A stretch of 64,000 nt of DNA from an uncultured Thermoleophilia bacterium (GTDB taxonomy: Bacteria; Actinomycetota; Thermoleophilia; UBA2241). A model generated the notes under the pieces. The model was given only the letters and a program-made list of their open reading frames with translations. It did not search any database and was not told the origin of the DNA. Position numbers and translations under genes: made by a program. Positions 1 through 8,969 of this stretch are shown in pieces. The stretch covers positions 324,540 through 388,539 of the forward strand of contig CAWHHT010000012.1 of the NCBI GenBank assembly GCA_963829205.1, written 5' to 3'. The stretch's first letter is position 1, and each line of letters starts with the position of its first letter.

Positions 1-9
1 CCGGAGGGC

Positions 10-1062
10 ATGATGGACGAGGAGACCACGGGCCAGACCCCAGAGGAAGAGCCGACCACCGCTCAGCCTCCCGCCGACGAAGGCGCCACCGAGGTGATGG
101 GCGGCGAAGCCGAACAGCCCACCACCGTGATGGGCGGCGCCGACACGGGAGCCACCCGGGTCATGCCGGCGGCCGGTGCAGCCGCACCGCCGCCACACCC
201 ACCGCAGCCGACCCCCACGCTCATGATGTCGCGCCCGCCCAAGCGCGAGGGCTCCGGCAACGCCTGGTGGATCGTGCTCATCATCGTGCTCGTCGCGGCC
301 GCCGCGGCCGCCGCGATCTGGTTCTTCCTCATCCGCGACAACGGGACGACGCCGGTTCCCACGCCGACGCCGACCGCTTCGCCGGTCAAGTGGGGAGGCG
401 CCTGGGGCCGCACCGACGGCGTCGCCGGCGGCATCGTCGTCGAGCAGAGCGGCACGGTCTACCACGTGACGGTGTACGACAGCGGCTTGCAGCCCACCGG
501 CACGACCACCGGCTCGGTGTCGGCGGACGGCAAGCAGCTCCGCTTTACTCTGCCGGCCGATTCGACCTTCAACACGATGCCCGGGCCGCTCACCGGCGTC
601 ATGACGATCCAGCCGGGCGAGCAGACGGCACTCCTGACGATGACGGCAGCCAACCAGACCAGCGTCACCATGCCGCTCAAGCGCGTGCTGGCGCTCGTGC
701 CGGGGACACCGTCGGCGTCGCCCACGACGACCCCATCGCCCACGACGACGACCAGCCCAAGCCCCAGCGCGTCGCCGGTGAGCGCCGTCGACCAGCAGAT
801 CGTCGCCGGGCTCACCAAGATCCAGACGGGCGTGACCACCTGGGCCGCCAACAACGGCGACCTCTATCCGCTGCCGACGGAGGTCAGCCAGACCGGCGGC
901 ATCGCTCAGTACGTCGTGCCGTGGCCGGTGAACCCGGTGACCAACCAGCCCATGGTCCAGGGCGGCGCGGTGGGCAACTACACCTATCAGCAGATCAACG
1001 GCGGCCAGAGCTACACGCTGGTCGGCCACCTCAGCAACGGGGTCAGCTACACGCTGCCGTGA
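10..1062 (+). CDS. membrane-anchored protein with C-terminal pseudopilin (GspG)-like domain
   Basis: 350-aa ORF with an acidic/Pro-rich N-terminus and one TM helix (WWIVLIIVLVAAAAAAAIWFFLI). Thr/Pro/Ser linkers follow. The C-terminal motif VPWPVNPVTNQPM..GNYTYQ..YTLVGHLSNGVSYTLP is shared with ORFs at 4266, 5438 and 13112. Confidence 0.7.
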   Translation: MMDEETTGQTPEEEPTTAQPPADEGATEVMGGEAEQPTTVMGGADTGATRVMPAAGAAAPPPHPPQPTPTLMMSRPPKREGSGNAWWIVLIIVLVAAAAAAAIWFFLIRDNGTTPVPTPTPTASPVKWGGAWGRTDGVAGGIVVEQSGTVYHVTVYDSGLQPTGTTTGSVSADGKQLRFTLPADSTFNTMPGPLTGVMTIQPGEQTALLTMTAANQTSVTMPLKRVLALVPGTPSASPTTTPSPTTTTSPSPSASPVSAVDQQIVAGLTKIQTGVTTWAANNGDLYPLPTEVSQTGGIAQYVVPWPVNPVTNQPMVQGGAVGNYTYQQINGGQSYTLVGHLSNGVSYTLP

Positions 1063-1097
1063 GGCACCACGGCGTGTGAACCATCTGGAGGTCGAGC

Positions 1098-2033
1098 ATG
1101 CGCGCTATCCGCGTCACGGAGTTCGGCGACCCCGAAGTGCTCGTGCTGAGGGACGTCCCGGATCCGGAGCCCGTCGGCGACGAGGTCCTCGTGAAGGTAC
1201 AGGCGGCTGGGGTGAACCCCGTGGACACCTATGTCCGCTCGGGCATGTACGCCGGCCTGCCGCCGCTCCCGTACACGCCCGGGTCTGACGCCGCGGGCGT
1301 GCTCGCCGACAGCGGCGCCCGCGTCTACGTCGCCGGCGCCCTCGGCGGCACCTACGCGGAGTACGCGCTCTGCCGGCCCGACCAGGTCCACCCGCTCCCG
1401 GACGACGTCTCGTACGCCCAGGGCGCCGCCCTCGGTGTGCCCTACGCGACCGCCTACCGCGCGCTCTTCCAGCGCGCTCGCGCCACAGGTGGCGAGACGC
1501 TTCTCGTGCACGGAGCGAGCGGAGGCGTGGGTCTCGCCGCGGTGCAGTTCGCGCTGGACGCCGGCCTCGCCGTCGTCGCGACTGCCGGCAGCGAGGCCGG
1601 CGGCGAGCTGGTCGCGAGCCAGGGCGACGTGAAGGTCCTCGACCACCGCGACCCCGCGCACTGCGCCGCCGCCTTCGCGCTCACCGGCGAGCGCGGGTTC
1701 GACCTGATCCTGGAGCTGAGCGCACATCAGAACCTCGGCGACGACCTCACGCTGCTCGCCAGGGACGGCCGAGTCGTGGTGGTGGGCAGCCGCGCGCCGG
1801 TGGAGATCAACCCGCGGGACCTGATGAGCCACGATGGCGCCGTCCTCGGCATGCTGCTCTTCAACGCGTCGCCGGCGCAGCTGGCCGAGGCGCACGCGGC
1901 GATCGGCGCCGGGCTGCGCGCCGGTTCACTCAGGCCCGTCGTCGGCCGGGAGTTCCCGCTCGCTGACGCGGCCCGTGCTCACCGGCACGTCATGGAACGT
2001 CCGGCGCTCGGCAAGGTCGTGCTCGTGCCCTGA
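1098..2033 (+). CDS. NADPH:quinone oxidoreductase / zeta-crystallin family medium-chain dehydrogenase
   Basis: 311 aa. N-terminus MRAIRVTEFGDPEVLVLRDVPDPEP..VLVKVQAAGVNPVDTYVRSG and the GASGGVG nucleotide-binding motif are typical of the Qor family. Confidence 0.85.
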   Translation: MRAIRVTEFGDPEVLVLRDVPDPEPVGDEVLVKVQAAGVNPVDTYVRSGMYAGLPPLPYTPGSDAAGVLADSGARVYVAGALGGTYAEYALCRPDQVHPLPDDVSYAQGAALGVPYATAYRALFQRARATGGETLLVHGASGGVGLAAVQFALDAGLAVVATAGSEAGGELVASQGDVKVLDHRDPAHCAAAFALTGERGFDLILELSAHQNLGDDLTLLARDGRVVVVGSRAPVEINPRDLMSHDGAVLGMLLFNASPAQLAEAHAAIGAGLRAGSLRPVVGREFPLADAARAHRHVMERPALGKVVLVP

Positions 2034-2662
2034 GCAGCGGCGCGGCCGTCGCCGGCCGGACCTGCCTCATCGGTGAGCCGCTCGACGCCCGCGAACCACG
2101 CTTGGTGTGGGCTGTCCTCGAGGTTGCTCGCCATCTCGGCGGCCTCGATCGCGAGTACGCGGTACGGCGCCCGGTCGAAGGCGGCCTGCAACTCCTCGCG
2201 GGTCACGCGGCGCGGGCCGCCGTCCCGACGCTTCTCCTGGTCGCTGAAGCAGAGGACCAGGTAGCGGCCACCGGGCTCGAGAACGGCCGCGAGCGATTCG
2301 CGAAAGCGCTCACGCTCATCGTCGTCGAGGCTGTGGAAGAGACCTGAGTCGATCACCGTCGCGAAGCGCCGCCCGAGCGCGCCGAGGTCCAGTGCGTCGC
2401 CGACGACGAACTCGGCGCGCAGGCCGCGCGCGGCGGCCTTGCGGCGCGCGGCCTCGACCGCCGCCGGCACCGCGTCCACGCCGGTCACGTCGAAGCCCTG
2501 CGCCGCCAGGTACAGGGCGTTCTCGCCGGTGCCGCAACCGGCGTCCAGCACCGGTCCGCGCACATCTCCCCGGCCCAGCGCCCGCTCGAACGCGGGCTGG
2601 TGCCTGCCGATGTCCCAAGGCGGCGTGCCCCGGTAGGCGTCGAAGAAGTGTTCTGTCGACAT
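1979..2662 (-). CDS. class I SAM-dependent methyltransferase
   Basis: Motif I is VLDAGCGTGENALYLAAQGFDVTGVD. I chose the start at MSTEHFF. The 3' end overlaps the convergent qor-like gene by about 55 nt. Confidence 0.8.
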   Translation of the reverse strand: MSTEHFFDAYRGTPPWDIGRHQPAFERALGRGDVRGPVLDAGCGTGENALYLAAQGFDVTGVDAVPAAVEAARRKAAARGLRAEFVVGDALDLGALGRRFATVIDSGLFHSLDDDERERFRESLAAVLEPGGRYLVLCFSDQEKRRDGGPRRVTREELQAAFDRAPYRVLAIEAAEMASNLEDSPHQAWFAGVERLTDEAGPAGDGRAAAQGTSTTLPSAGRSMTCR

Positions 2663-2815
2663 TCCTGCTCCCGTCTTGCTTGCGTCATCGTCCACTCTGT
2701 ACCACGCGCCAAACCCGGAGGGCTCGACGGGCGGCGGTCAGGCCGCCAGACCTTGCGCCTCCGCGAACGACAGACCCGTTTTGGTACGATGGCTCCGTCC
2801 CCGAAGGAGCCTGAG

Positions 2816-4192
2816 ATGACCGACTACCGATCCCGCAGCATGTGGCTCGACGGCGTACCCGGCGAGCTCACACCCCGCGCCTCCCTCCCCGGCCCTGCCG
2901 ACGCCGACGTCGCCATCGCCGGGGCCGGATTCACCGGGCTCTGGACGGCCTACTACCTCAAGAAGGCCGACCCGTCTCTGCGCGTGGTGGTGCTCGAGAA
3001 GGAGATCGCCGGCTTCGGCGCCTCGGGACGCAACGGCGGCTGGTGCCACACCACTTTCCCCGGTTCGCGCGAGCGCGCCGCCCGCGAGCACGGCCGCCAG
3101 GCGGTCATCGACCAGCAGCGCGCGCTCTTCGGCGTGGTGCCGGAGGTCGCGCGCGTCGTCGAGCAGGAGGGCATCGACGCGCGCTTCGTCGTCGGCGGCC
3201 AGCTCGATCTCGCCACGACGCCCGTGCAGCTGCTGCGCCTGCGCGAGGGCGTCGAGTACGAGCGCTCCTGGGGCTTCGGCGAAGAGGACTACGCGCTCCT
3301 GAGCGCGGCCGACATGCGCGCGCGCATCCGTGTGGCCGGGTGCCTCGGCGCCGGCTTCACGCCGCACGGCGCCTGCGTAGACCCAGCCCGGCTCGCGCGT
3401 GGGCTTGCCGACGCCGTCGAGCGCGCGGGCGTGACCATCTACGAACGCACGCCCGTCACCGGCATCAAGCCGCACCTGCTCGAGACCGACGCCGGCGACG
3501 TGAAGGCCGAGGTCGTCGTCCGCGCCACCGAGGCGTTCACGCCCCAGATCCCGGGGTTCGAACGCCATGTCGTGCCGATCTACTCGCTCATGATCGGCAC
3601 CGAACCGCTACCGGAGTCGTTCTGGGATGAGATCGGCTGGCAGGCGCACGAGACCTTCGGTGACGGGCGCTTCCTCATCTTCTACGCGATGCACACAGTG
3701 GACGGCCGCATCGCCATCGGCGGACGCGGCGCGCCCTACCACTACAACTCGCGCGTGAGCCAGGAGTACGAGCGCGTGCCGGAGGTCCAGGACCACCTGC
3801 GCGCGCTCCTCGTCGAGCTGTTCCCGCAGATCGGCGATTTCGAGGTCACCCATCGCTGGGGCGGGGCGATCGCCGCGTCGCGCGACTGGTACAGCTCGGT
3901 AGGGCTGGACAGGGCGACGGGCGTGGCGTGGGCCGGCGCCTACGTGGGCGACGGGGTCGCCACCACCAACCTCGCCGGCCGCACGCTGAGCGACCTCATC
4001 CGCGGCGAGGACACGGAGCTCACGCGCCTGCCATGGGTGAACCACAAGTCCAAGCTGTGGGAGCGCGAGCCCCTGCGCTGGCTCGGCGTCAACGCGTCGC
4101 TGAGGGCGATGGCCAGCGCCGACGAAGTCGAGGCGCGCACCGGGCGTCCGGCAAAGCGCGCCTCGCTGGTCAAGAAGATCATCGGCGCCTAG
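2816..4192 (+). CDS. FAD-dependent oxidoreductase (DAO family, gamma-glutamylputrescine oxidase-like)
   Basis: Dinucleotide-binding motif VAIAGAGFTGLWTAYYL. AAGGAG RBS at 2804-2809, 6 nt before ATG 2816. The longer ORF from 2600 has an Arg-rich, non-protein-like N-terminus. Confidence 0.8.
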   Translation: MTDYRSRSMWLDGVPGELTPRASLPGPADADVAIAGAGFTGLWTAYYLKKADPSLRVVVLEKEIAGFGASGRNGGWCHTTFPGSRERAAREHGRQAVIDQQRALFGVVPEVARVVEQEGIDARFVVGGQLDLATTPVQLLRLREGVEYERSWGFGEEDYALLSAADMRARIRVAGCLGAGFTPHGACVDPARLARGLADAVERAGVTIYERTPVTGIKPHLLETDAGDVKAEVVVRATEAFTPQIPGFERHVVPIYSLMIGTEPLPESFWDEIGWQAHETFGDGRFLIFYAMHTVDGRIAIGGRGAPYHYNSRVSQEYERVPEVQDHLRALLVELFPQIGDFEVTHRWGGAIAASRDWYSSVGLDRATGVAWAGAYVGDGVATTNLAGRTLSDLIRGEDTELTRLPWVNHKSKLWEREPLRWLGVNASLRAMASADEVEARTGRPAKRASLVKKIIGA

Positions 4193-4265
4193 CCCCGCAA
4201 GCGACCCGGCCGAGGCGAGGACCGCCGTCGCGCGGACCCAGCCCGGCGTCTTCGGACGCCCCGAC

Positions 4266-4643
4266 TCAGGGGGCCGTGTAGACGGTCCCGTCCGAGAGGT
4301 GGACGCCCAGCGTGAAGCTGGTGCCCGCGCCGGGCGTGTAGACGAGGTCGCCCTTCTGACTACCTTGAGCCATCGGCGCATTGGTCCACGGGTTCGTGGG
4401 CCAGGCATCGCCGGCCTGGCCGACGGTCGTCTGACTCACCGACGGCGGCAACGAGCCGTTGGTCGCGATGTACGTCTGGATCGCAGTCTTGACGAGCATG
4501 AGCTCCGATCTCGCGGCTTGGTCTCGGGCGACGTTGATGTCCTGGACCGGGGGAGTGATGTCCTTGGAGCCGCACGCGGCAAGGGCCAGTGCGGTGGCAA
4601 GGGCCAGTGCCGCCAGCGACACGATGCACACGACGCGTTTCAT
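4266..4643 (-). CDS. lipoprotein with pseudopilin (GspG)-like domain
   Basis: Start at MKRVVCIVSLAALALATALALAACGS (lipobox LAAC). C-terminus AWPTNPWTNAPMAQGSQKGDLVYTPGAGTSFTLGVHLSDGTVYTAP is paralogous to 10..1062, 5438..6103 and 13112..13546. Confidence 0.7.
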   Translation of the reverse strand: MKRVVCIVSLAALALATALALAACGSKDITPPVQDINVARDQAARSELMLVKTAIQTYIATNGSLPPSVSQTTVGQAGDAWPTNPWTNAPMAQGSQKGDLVYTPGAGTSFTLGVHLSDGTVYTAP

Positions 4644-4680
4644 CGCTGTTCCTTTGTGGTTTGCTCCGACATGCACCCCT

Positions 4681-4752
4681 ATCGGCCGAAAGGGCGCCGG
4701 GCTGGAGCGCGCCGGAGGCGCGCACCTTTCCCCCGGCGCCCTTTCGGCCGAT
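4681..4752. repeat. perfect 20-bp inverted repeat with a nested 7-bp inverted repeat in a divergent intergenic region
   Basis: ATCGGCCGAAAGGGCGCCGG (4681-4700) is the exact reverse complement of CCGGCGCCCTTTCGGCCGAT (4733-4752). The 32-nt spacer contains GCGCGCC-gga-GGCGCGC. Confidence 0.6.
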
Positions 4753-4761
4753 ACTGCACCC

Positions 4762-5283
4762 ATGAAGCGCCTCCACAAGGTCCGCCTCCTGCACCGTGAC
4801 TGGGTCGGCTACGCGATCCTCGTGCTGCTCTGCGGGGCCTCTCTCGTCGCCGCGCTCTTCCTCCCCTGGGCCAACACCCGCATAGACCGCAGCATCAACT
4901 TCTCGCTCACCAAGCCAGATTCCGTCCTCGGCATCCTGCACACGCGGTGGGGGATCCCGGCACTCGTCATCGCCGTCGTCGTGGTGCTCGTCGGCGCCGT
5001 GATGCTCCGCGCTCGCCCGCGGCGCTACAGCCTGCTGCTCGGCTTCCTGCTTGCCGCCGCCGGCGTCGGCTGCTTCGCGCTCGCCGACAATGCCGCCGGC
5101 AATCTCGGTGGCCTCTACAGCCCCGGCATCGGCTTGTACATCACGCTGTTCGTCGGCATCATCCTCGTGCCGATCGGCCTCGCCACGGCGATCGTCGCGT
5201 TCGTGCTCGCGCGCGGCTACAGGGCGGATCCTGAGGCGTCTGCCGCCCCAGCCTCCAGCTCCACGGACCGCCCGACTCCCTGA
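4762..5283 (+). CDS. integral membrane protein (about 4 TM), unknown function
   Basis: Start at MKRLHKVRLL. Hydrophobic segments include GYAILVLLCGASLVAALFL, IPALVIAVVVVLVGAVML, LLLGFLLAAAGVGCFAL and LYITLFVGIILVPIGLATAIVAFVL. No clear RBS. Confidence 0.55.
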   Translation: MKRLHKVRLLHRDWVGYAILVLLCGASLVAALFLPWANTRIDRSINFSLTKPDSVLGILHTRWGIPALVIAVVVVLVGAVMLRARPRRYSLLLGFLLAAAGVGCFALADNAAGNLGGLYSPGIGLYITLFVGIILVPIGLATAIVAFVLARGYRADPEASAAPASSSTDRPTP

Positions 5284-5437
5284 ACCGTTCGACCAGAGAT
5301 CGATCGAAGAGAGCGGCCAGGTCGAGATGCCGCCAGGGTGAGGCTCACGAGCCACCTGCGCGCCGCCGTCTCGGTTGACCCGCTCCGGCCTCGCAGGGAC
5401 ACTAGTGCGGCAGAAGAAAGCCACGTGAGAGGTCCTC

Positions 5438-6103
5438 ATGACTCGCCGACCCACCCGCATCGTCCTGTTCGCAGCGCTGTTCGTCCTCGTCCTCGCCGCG
5501 CCTGCCGGCGCCGCCGGCGCGGCGCCGAGCTTCGTCGACGCGCAGGTCAAGGCCAACGTCCTTCTCCTGCGTGGCTACATCGACGAGTACGCCATCAAGA
5601 ACGCCTTTGCGTATCCGCCGGCCGCCGTCGTCAAGAAGGGCGGCGGCCTCGTGGCTCCGATCTGGCCGGCCAATCCGTGGACAGGCAGGACCATGGTGCC
5701 CGGAAGAAGTCGCGGCAGCTACTCCTACTCGCTCACCGCGACGGGCTACCGGCTCGTCGGCCACCTCTCCAGAGGCACCTACAAGGTCACCGGCGGACTG
5801 CCGAGCTGGCTGCAGGGCGAGCGCGACACCGCCTCCAAGATCGGCGTGACGCTGATCGCCGAGTACGTGCAGTCATACGCCGGCGACCATGCCGGCGTGC
5901 TCCCGACAGCAGGTCAGGTAGCGGCCGACGGCGATGTCGGCAAGCAGATCGGTGTGTTCTGGCCGGTCGACCCGTGGACAAATGCGCCGATGACCCAGGG
6001 CACCGCACCCGGGCAGTACACCTACGCGGCCGGCAGCGCCGGAGCCTTCACCCTCCGGGTCCACCTCGCCGGCGGCACGTCGTGGCCGGCGCCTGGGCAT
6101 TGA
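5438..6103 (+). CDS. secreted protein with two tandem pseudopilin (GspG)-like domains
   Basis: Sec-type signal MTRRPTRIVLFAALFVLVLAAPAGAAGA. Two copies of the motif are present: IWPANPWTGRTMVPGRSRGSYSYS..YRLVGHLSRGTY and FWPVDPWTNAPMTQGTAPGQYTYA..FTLRVHLAGGTSW. Confidence 0.7.
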   Translation: MTRRPTRIVLFAALFVLVLAAPAGAAGAAPSFVDAQVKANVLLLRGYIDEYAIKNAFAYPPAAVVKKGGGLVAPIWPANPWTGRTMVPGRSRGSYSYSLTATGYRLVGHLSRGTYKVTGGLPSWLQGERDTASKIGVTLIAEYVQSYAGDHAGVLPTAGQVAADGDVGKQIGVFWPVDPWTNAPMTQGTAPGQYTYAAGSAGAFTLRVHLAGGTSWPAPGH

Positions 6104-6213
6104 CCGCACTCACCAGCCCAGCGTCCTCGGAAGCTCGCCGCCGCCTCGCCCGGAGATGAGGCGGCGGAAGCTCCGGCCGCGCGCGAGAGCGCGCGGGCCC
6201 GAAGGGGACCAGT

Positions 6214-7476
6214 GTGATCGACCCGCCTGAACGCCCGAGCGTGAGGATCCGGAAGGCGCGCGCGAACTCGCGCCCTCCACGGTACGCCGCGACGCTGCTG
6301 GCGCTGGGCATCATCTTCGCGCTCGCCTACGTCTTCCTGATCCACCAGCCGCCGGCGCCGCCTGTGCCGTCTATCAAGTACCTGCAAGGGACCTACGTGT
6401 GGCAGACCCGCTCGACCGTCCCCGGCGCGAACCCGGCTCCGCAGACGGGCGGATACGCCGCCGACTCCTCCGGCGACGCGAAAGGCGAGTCCACGCCGTC
6501 GGCCGATCCGACGAACGCGTCCCCTGCCCCCGCCTCACCGGGCGATGTCAGCGCCGCCTACAGCGCTTCGCGGCGCGAGGAGTCACGCTCGGTCGCACGC
6601 ACGACTGGCGCCTCCTACGTGCGTTCCATCGGCGCCTGGCCACCGGTCTGGCGCCTCTCCACGCGCAGCCCGCTCGACTACGCGGGCCTCGCCGCCGACG
6701 TGCTCGCGGCCGTACAGGATGGCGACCACAGCATCGGCACCAAACAGATCAAGGCGGATGGCCGCAAGGTCTGGCGGGCGTCTCTCACGTTCGGGCAGAC
6801 CGAGGTCGAGGTCGTCGTGGACCAGCTGACCGGCATCGTCACCTGGTGCTCCCGGCTGAGCCCGGACTCGCAGGACACGTTCACGGCCACGGTCGACTGG
6901 AACGCACAGCCGCCGGCCGGCCAGACGTACTCCGTCGCCGTGCCGGCCGGCGCGCGCATCGCGGTCACGCGCGACCGCACCTACACGTATCAGTCGTCGC
7001 TCACCGCCGCCGGCGCTGCGGCTGGCTTCGCGCCGCTTAAGTCCACGCTGCAGCCGGACGGCTTCACGCTGCGCAGCGTGGCGACGCGCCGCCGCGACGA
7101 TCTCGAGGCGGCTGCGCTCGGCGACGCCGCGAAGGCGGCGCCGCCAGCTCATTCCGCCGCGCGGCCTAACGAGGTGGACCAGCTCTTCACGCGCGACCTC
7201 ACCTGGTTCACGATCGCGCAGACGCGTATCGCCGGCGACGCCGCTCTGGCCGCGCAGGCGACCGCGCTCACTGGTCAGAGCCTGGGTGGCCAGCTGTCGC
7301 TGCAGAGCGAGGTCCTCCAGTACGGGGCCTTCACCGGCAGCCGGGCCTACACGTGGTACAGCCCCACTGGCCCGGCGCTGTTCGTGGCCGACAAGGAGTT
7401 CGCGGTCAGTGTGCGCGGCGGCATCACCCGCGACGATCTCATCTCACTGGCCGAAGGCCTCCAGCCGCTGAAGTAG
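6214..7476 (+). CDS. membrane-anchored hypothetical protein (possible LolA/RseB-like plus DUF4367-like regions)
   Basis: 420-aa ORF with a GTG start and N-terminal TM helix (AATLLALGIIFALAYVFLI). It sits directly downstream of the double pilin-like gene. The fold assignment is only an impression from the beta-rich sequence. Confidence 0.55.
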   Translation: MIDPPERPSVRIRKARANSRPPRYAATLLALGIIFALAYVFLIHQPPAPPVPSIKYLQGTYVWQTRSTVPGANPAPQTGGYAADSSGDAKGESTPSADPTNASPAPASPGDVSAAYSASRREESRSVARTTGASYVRSIGAWPPVWRLSTRSPLDYAGLAADVLAAVQDGDHSIGTKQIKADGRKVWRASLTFGQTEVEVVVDQLTGIVTWCSRLSPDSQDTFTATVDWNAQPPAGQTYSVAVPAGARIAVTRDRTYTYQSSLTAAGAAAGFAPLKSTLQPDGFTLRSVATRRRDDLEAAALGDAAKAAPPAHSAARPNEVDQLFTRDLTWFTIAQTRIAGDAALAAQATALTGQSLGGQLSLQSEVLQYGAFTGSRAYTWYSPTGPALFVADKEFAVSVRGGITRDDLISLAEGLQPLK

Positions 7477-7496
7477 TGCGAAGGACCGCGAAGGCT

Positions 7497-7658
7497 TCAG
7501 TCCTCGACCGGCTCGAACTCTTCCTTCTCGACGCCGCAGTCGGGGCAGACCCAGTCGTCCGGGAGATCCTCCCACGCGGTCCCCGGCTCGACCCCGTTGT
7601 CCGGATCGCCGACCTCGGGGTCGTAGATGTAGTCGCAGATCGTGCAGCGGTACTTCAT
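7497..7658 (-). CDS. rubredoxin
   Basis: 53 aa: [53 protein letters not shown]. It has both CxxC pairs. AGGAGG RBS upstream. Confidence 0.9.
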   Translation of the reverse strand: MKYRCTICDYIYDPEVGDPDNGVEPGTAWEDLPDDWVCPDCGVEKEEFEPVED

Positions 7659-7769
7659 GCCCGGCCTCCTGAGTGGCGCACGCAAGCTGTCAAAGGCGAT
7701 TCTATCCGCTCGCGGCTGTTCCCGGTGTAGTGTGGTACGAGGTACGGCTCGCGACCTGAGGAGGCTCGC

Positions 7770-8012
7770 GTGGGCACACCACCTCCGCCCGAGAAGGACT
7801 CCCACCCCAACCGCGGCACGCTGGGACAGCAGCGCACCGACCGCATGTGGCTGGCCGCCGACCAGCTCCACGATCACGAAAGCGAACCGAGCTGGAAGGC
7901 GCCGAAGGAGAGGAACGCCTCGCGCTTCCCGCCGGCGCGCATCGCCACCATCGCGATCCTGCTGGTGATCCTGGCTCTGGTGATCTACCTCAAGGCCACC
8001 GGCGCGGTCTAG
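7770..8012 (+). CDS. small tail-anchored membrane protein, hypothetical
   Basis: GAGGAGG at 7757-7763, 6 nt before GTG 7770. 80 aa ending in the TM segment [17 protein letters not shown]. Confidence 0.4.
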   Translation: MGTPPPPEKDSHPNRGTLGQQRTDRMWLAADQLHDHESEPSWKAPKERNASRFPPARIATIAILLVILALVIYLKATGAV

Positions 8013-8839
8013 CTGTTGACCGGCGCGTTGGCCGGATACCCGCGCTGCTCCCAGTACCCTTCCACAGGCTTGTCGGTGACCTCGATGCGCGTGACCCACT
8101 TCACGCTCTTGTAGCCGAGCTGCTTGGGGACGGCCAGCCGGACCGGCCCGCCGTGATCGGCCGGCAGCGGCTGGCCGTCGAGCATGTCGGCGAGCACCGT
8201 CTGCGGGTCTCTCGCCAGCTCCAGAGGCAGCGAATCCGCGTACTCGCCGGTGTACGCGTGGAAGACGACGAACTTGCCCTCGGGCCGCAGGCCGGCCTTG
8301 TCCAGCACCGTGGCGGGCCTGACGCCGCCCCACCTCACGTTGCCCACGCTCCAGCCCTCGACGCAGTGGAAGTCCACGGTCTCCTCGTAGCGCGGCAGCG
8401 CCTTCCACGCGGCGCCGTCGATCGTCATCGGCGCGTCCACGAGGCCGTCGACCCTGATGCTCCACTGGTCCCACGTCTTGTGGGGCACGTCCTCGACGTT
8501 GTTGAGCGGGAAGTCGGCGAACAGGTTGGAGATCGACTTGGTCGCGCCGCCGCCTTTGCTCCCGCCGCGAAGAACCAGCTCGTAGACCCCGATGACGGCG
8601 GCGACGAACGCCCCGCCGATCACCAGGAACCAGCGGCGCGTGTAGCGCGTGCCTGAGGGCGGAGGTGACTGTCTCGGCACCGGCGTGGCCTCGGAGGTCG
8701 CGCCCGAGGCCGCACCTGAGCCGGGCTCGGCTGAACCCTCTCCGCCGAGCGCCTCTTCGGCTTGCGGCTCAGCGGCGCGCGCCTGTGCGTCGCCCGGCAG
8801 CTCTGGCTGCGGTCCTTCGTCGTCTGGCTCGTCGCTCAT
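8009..8839 (-). CDS. molybdopterin-dependent oxidoreductase (sulfite oxidase / YedY-like family), Tat-type N-terminus
   Basis: HCVEGWS motif carries the Mo-ligand Cys. [20 protein letters not shown] is also family-typical. [10 protein letters not shown] resembles a twin-arginine signal or anchor. Start chosen at MSDEPDDE. Confidence 0.8.
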   Translation of the reverse strand: MSDEPDDEGPQPELPGDAQARAAEPQAEEALGGEGSAEPGSGAASGATSEATPVPRQSPPPSGTRYTRRWFLVIGGAFVAAVIGVYELVLRGGSKGGGATKSISNLFADFPLNNVEDVPHKTWDQWSIRVDGLVDAPMTIDGAAWKALPRYEETVDFHCVEGWSVGNVRWGGVRPATVLDKAGLRPEGKFVVFHAYTGEYADSLPLELARDPQTVLADMLDGQPLPADHGGPVRLAVPKQLGYKSVKWVTRIEVTDKPVEGYWEQRGYPANAPVNS

Positions 8840-8890
8840 CCCGACCTCGTGGTGCCTCGCTCTGCCGCTTAACGTTCCCGGCGGCAAACA

Positions 8891-8918
8891 GGGGCGGCGA
8901 CCTTTCGGCCGCCGCCCC
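8891..8918 (-). terminator. hairpin terminator downstream of the APC permease
   Basis: GGGGCGGCG-10 nt loop-CGCCGCCCC. On the minus strand it is followed by TGTTTGCC. Confidence 0.5.
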
Positions 8919-8969
8919 TGCACCTCCATCCCGCCGCTCCACTGGCGGCGTTGCCGTAGGTTCAGAGCA

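Noticed and set aside
7659-7769. TTGACA on the minus strand about 30 nt upstream of the rubredoxin start as its -35 element
   Set aside because: A -10 at the required spacing would overlap the AGGAGG RBS, which is geometrically inconsistent. No supported promoter call was made.
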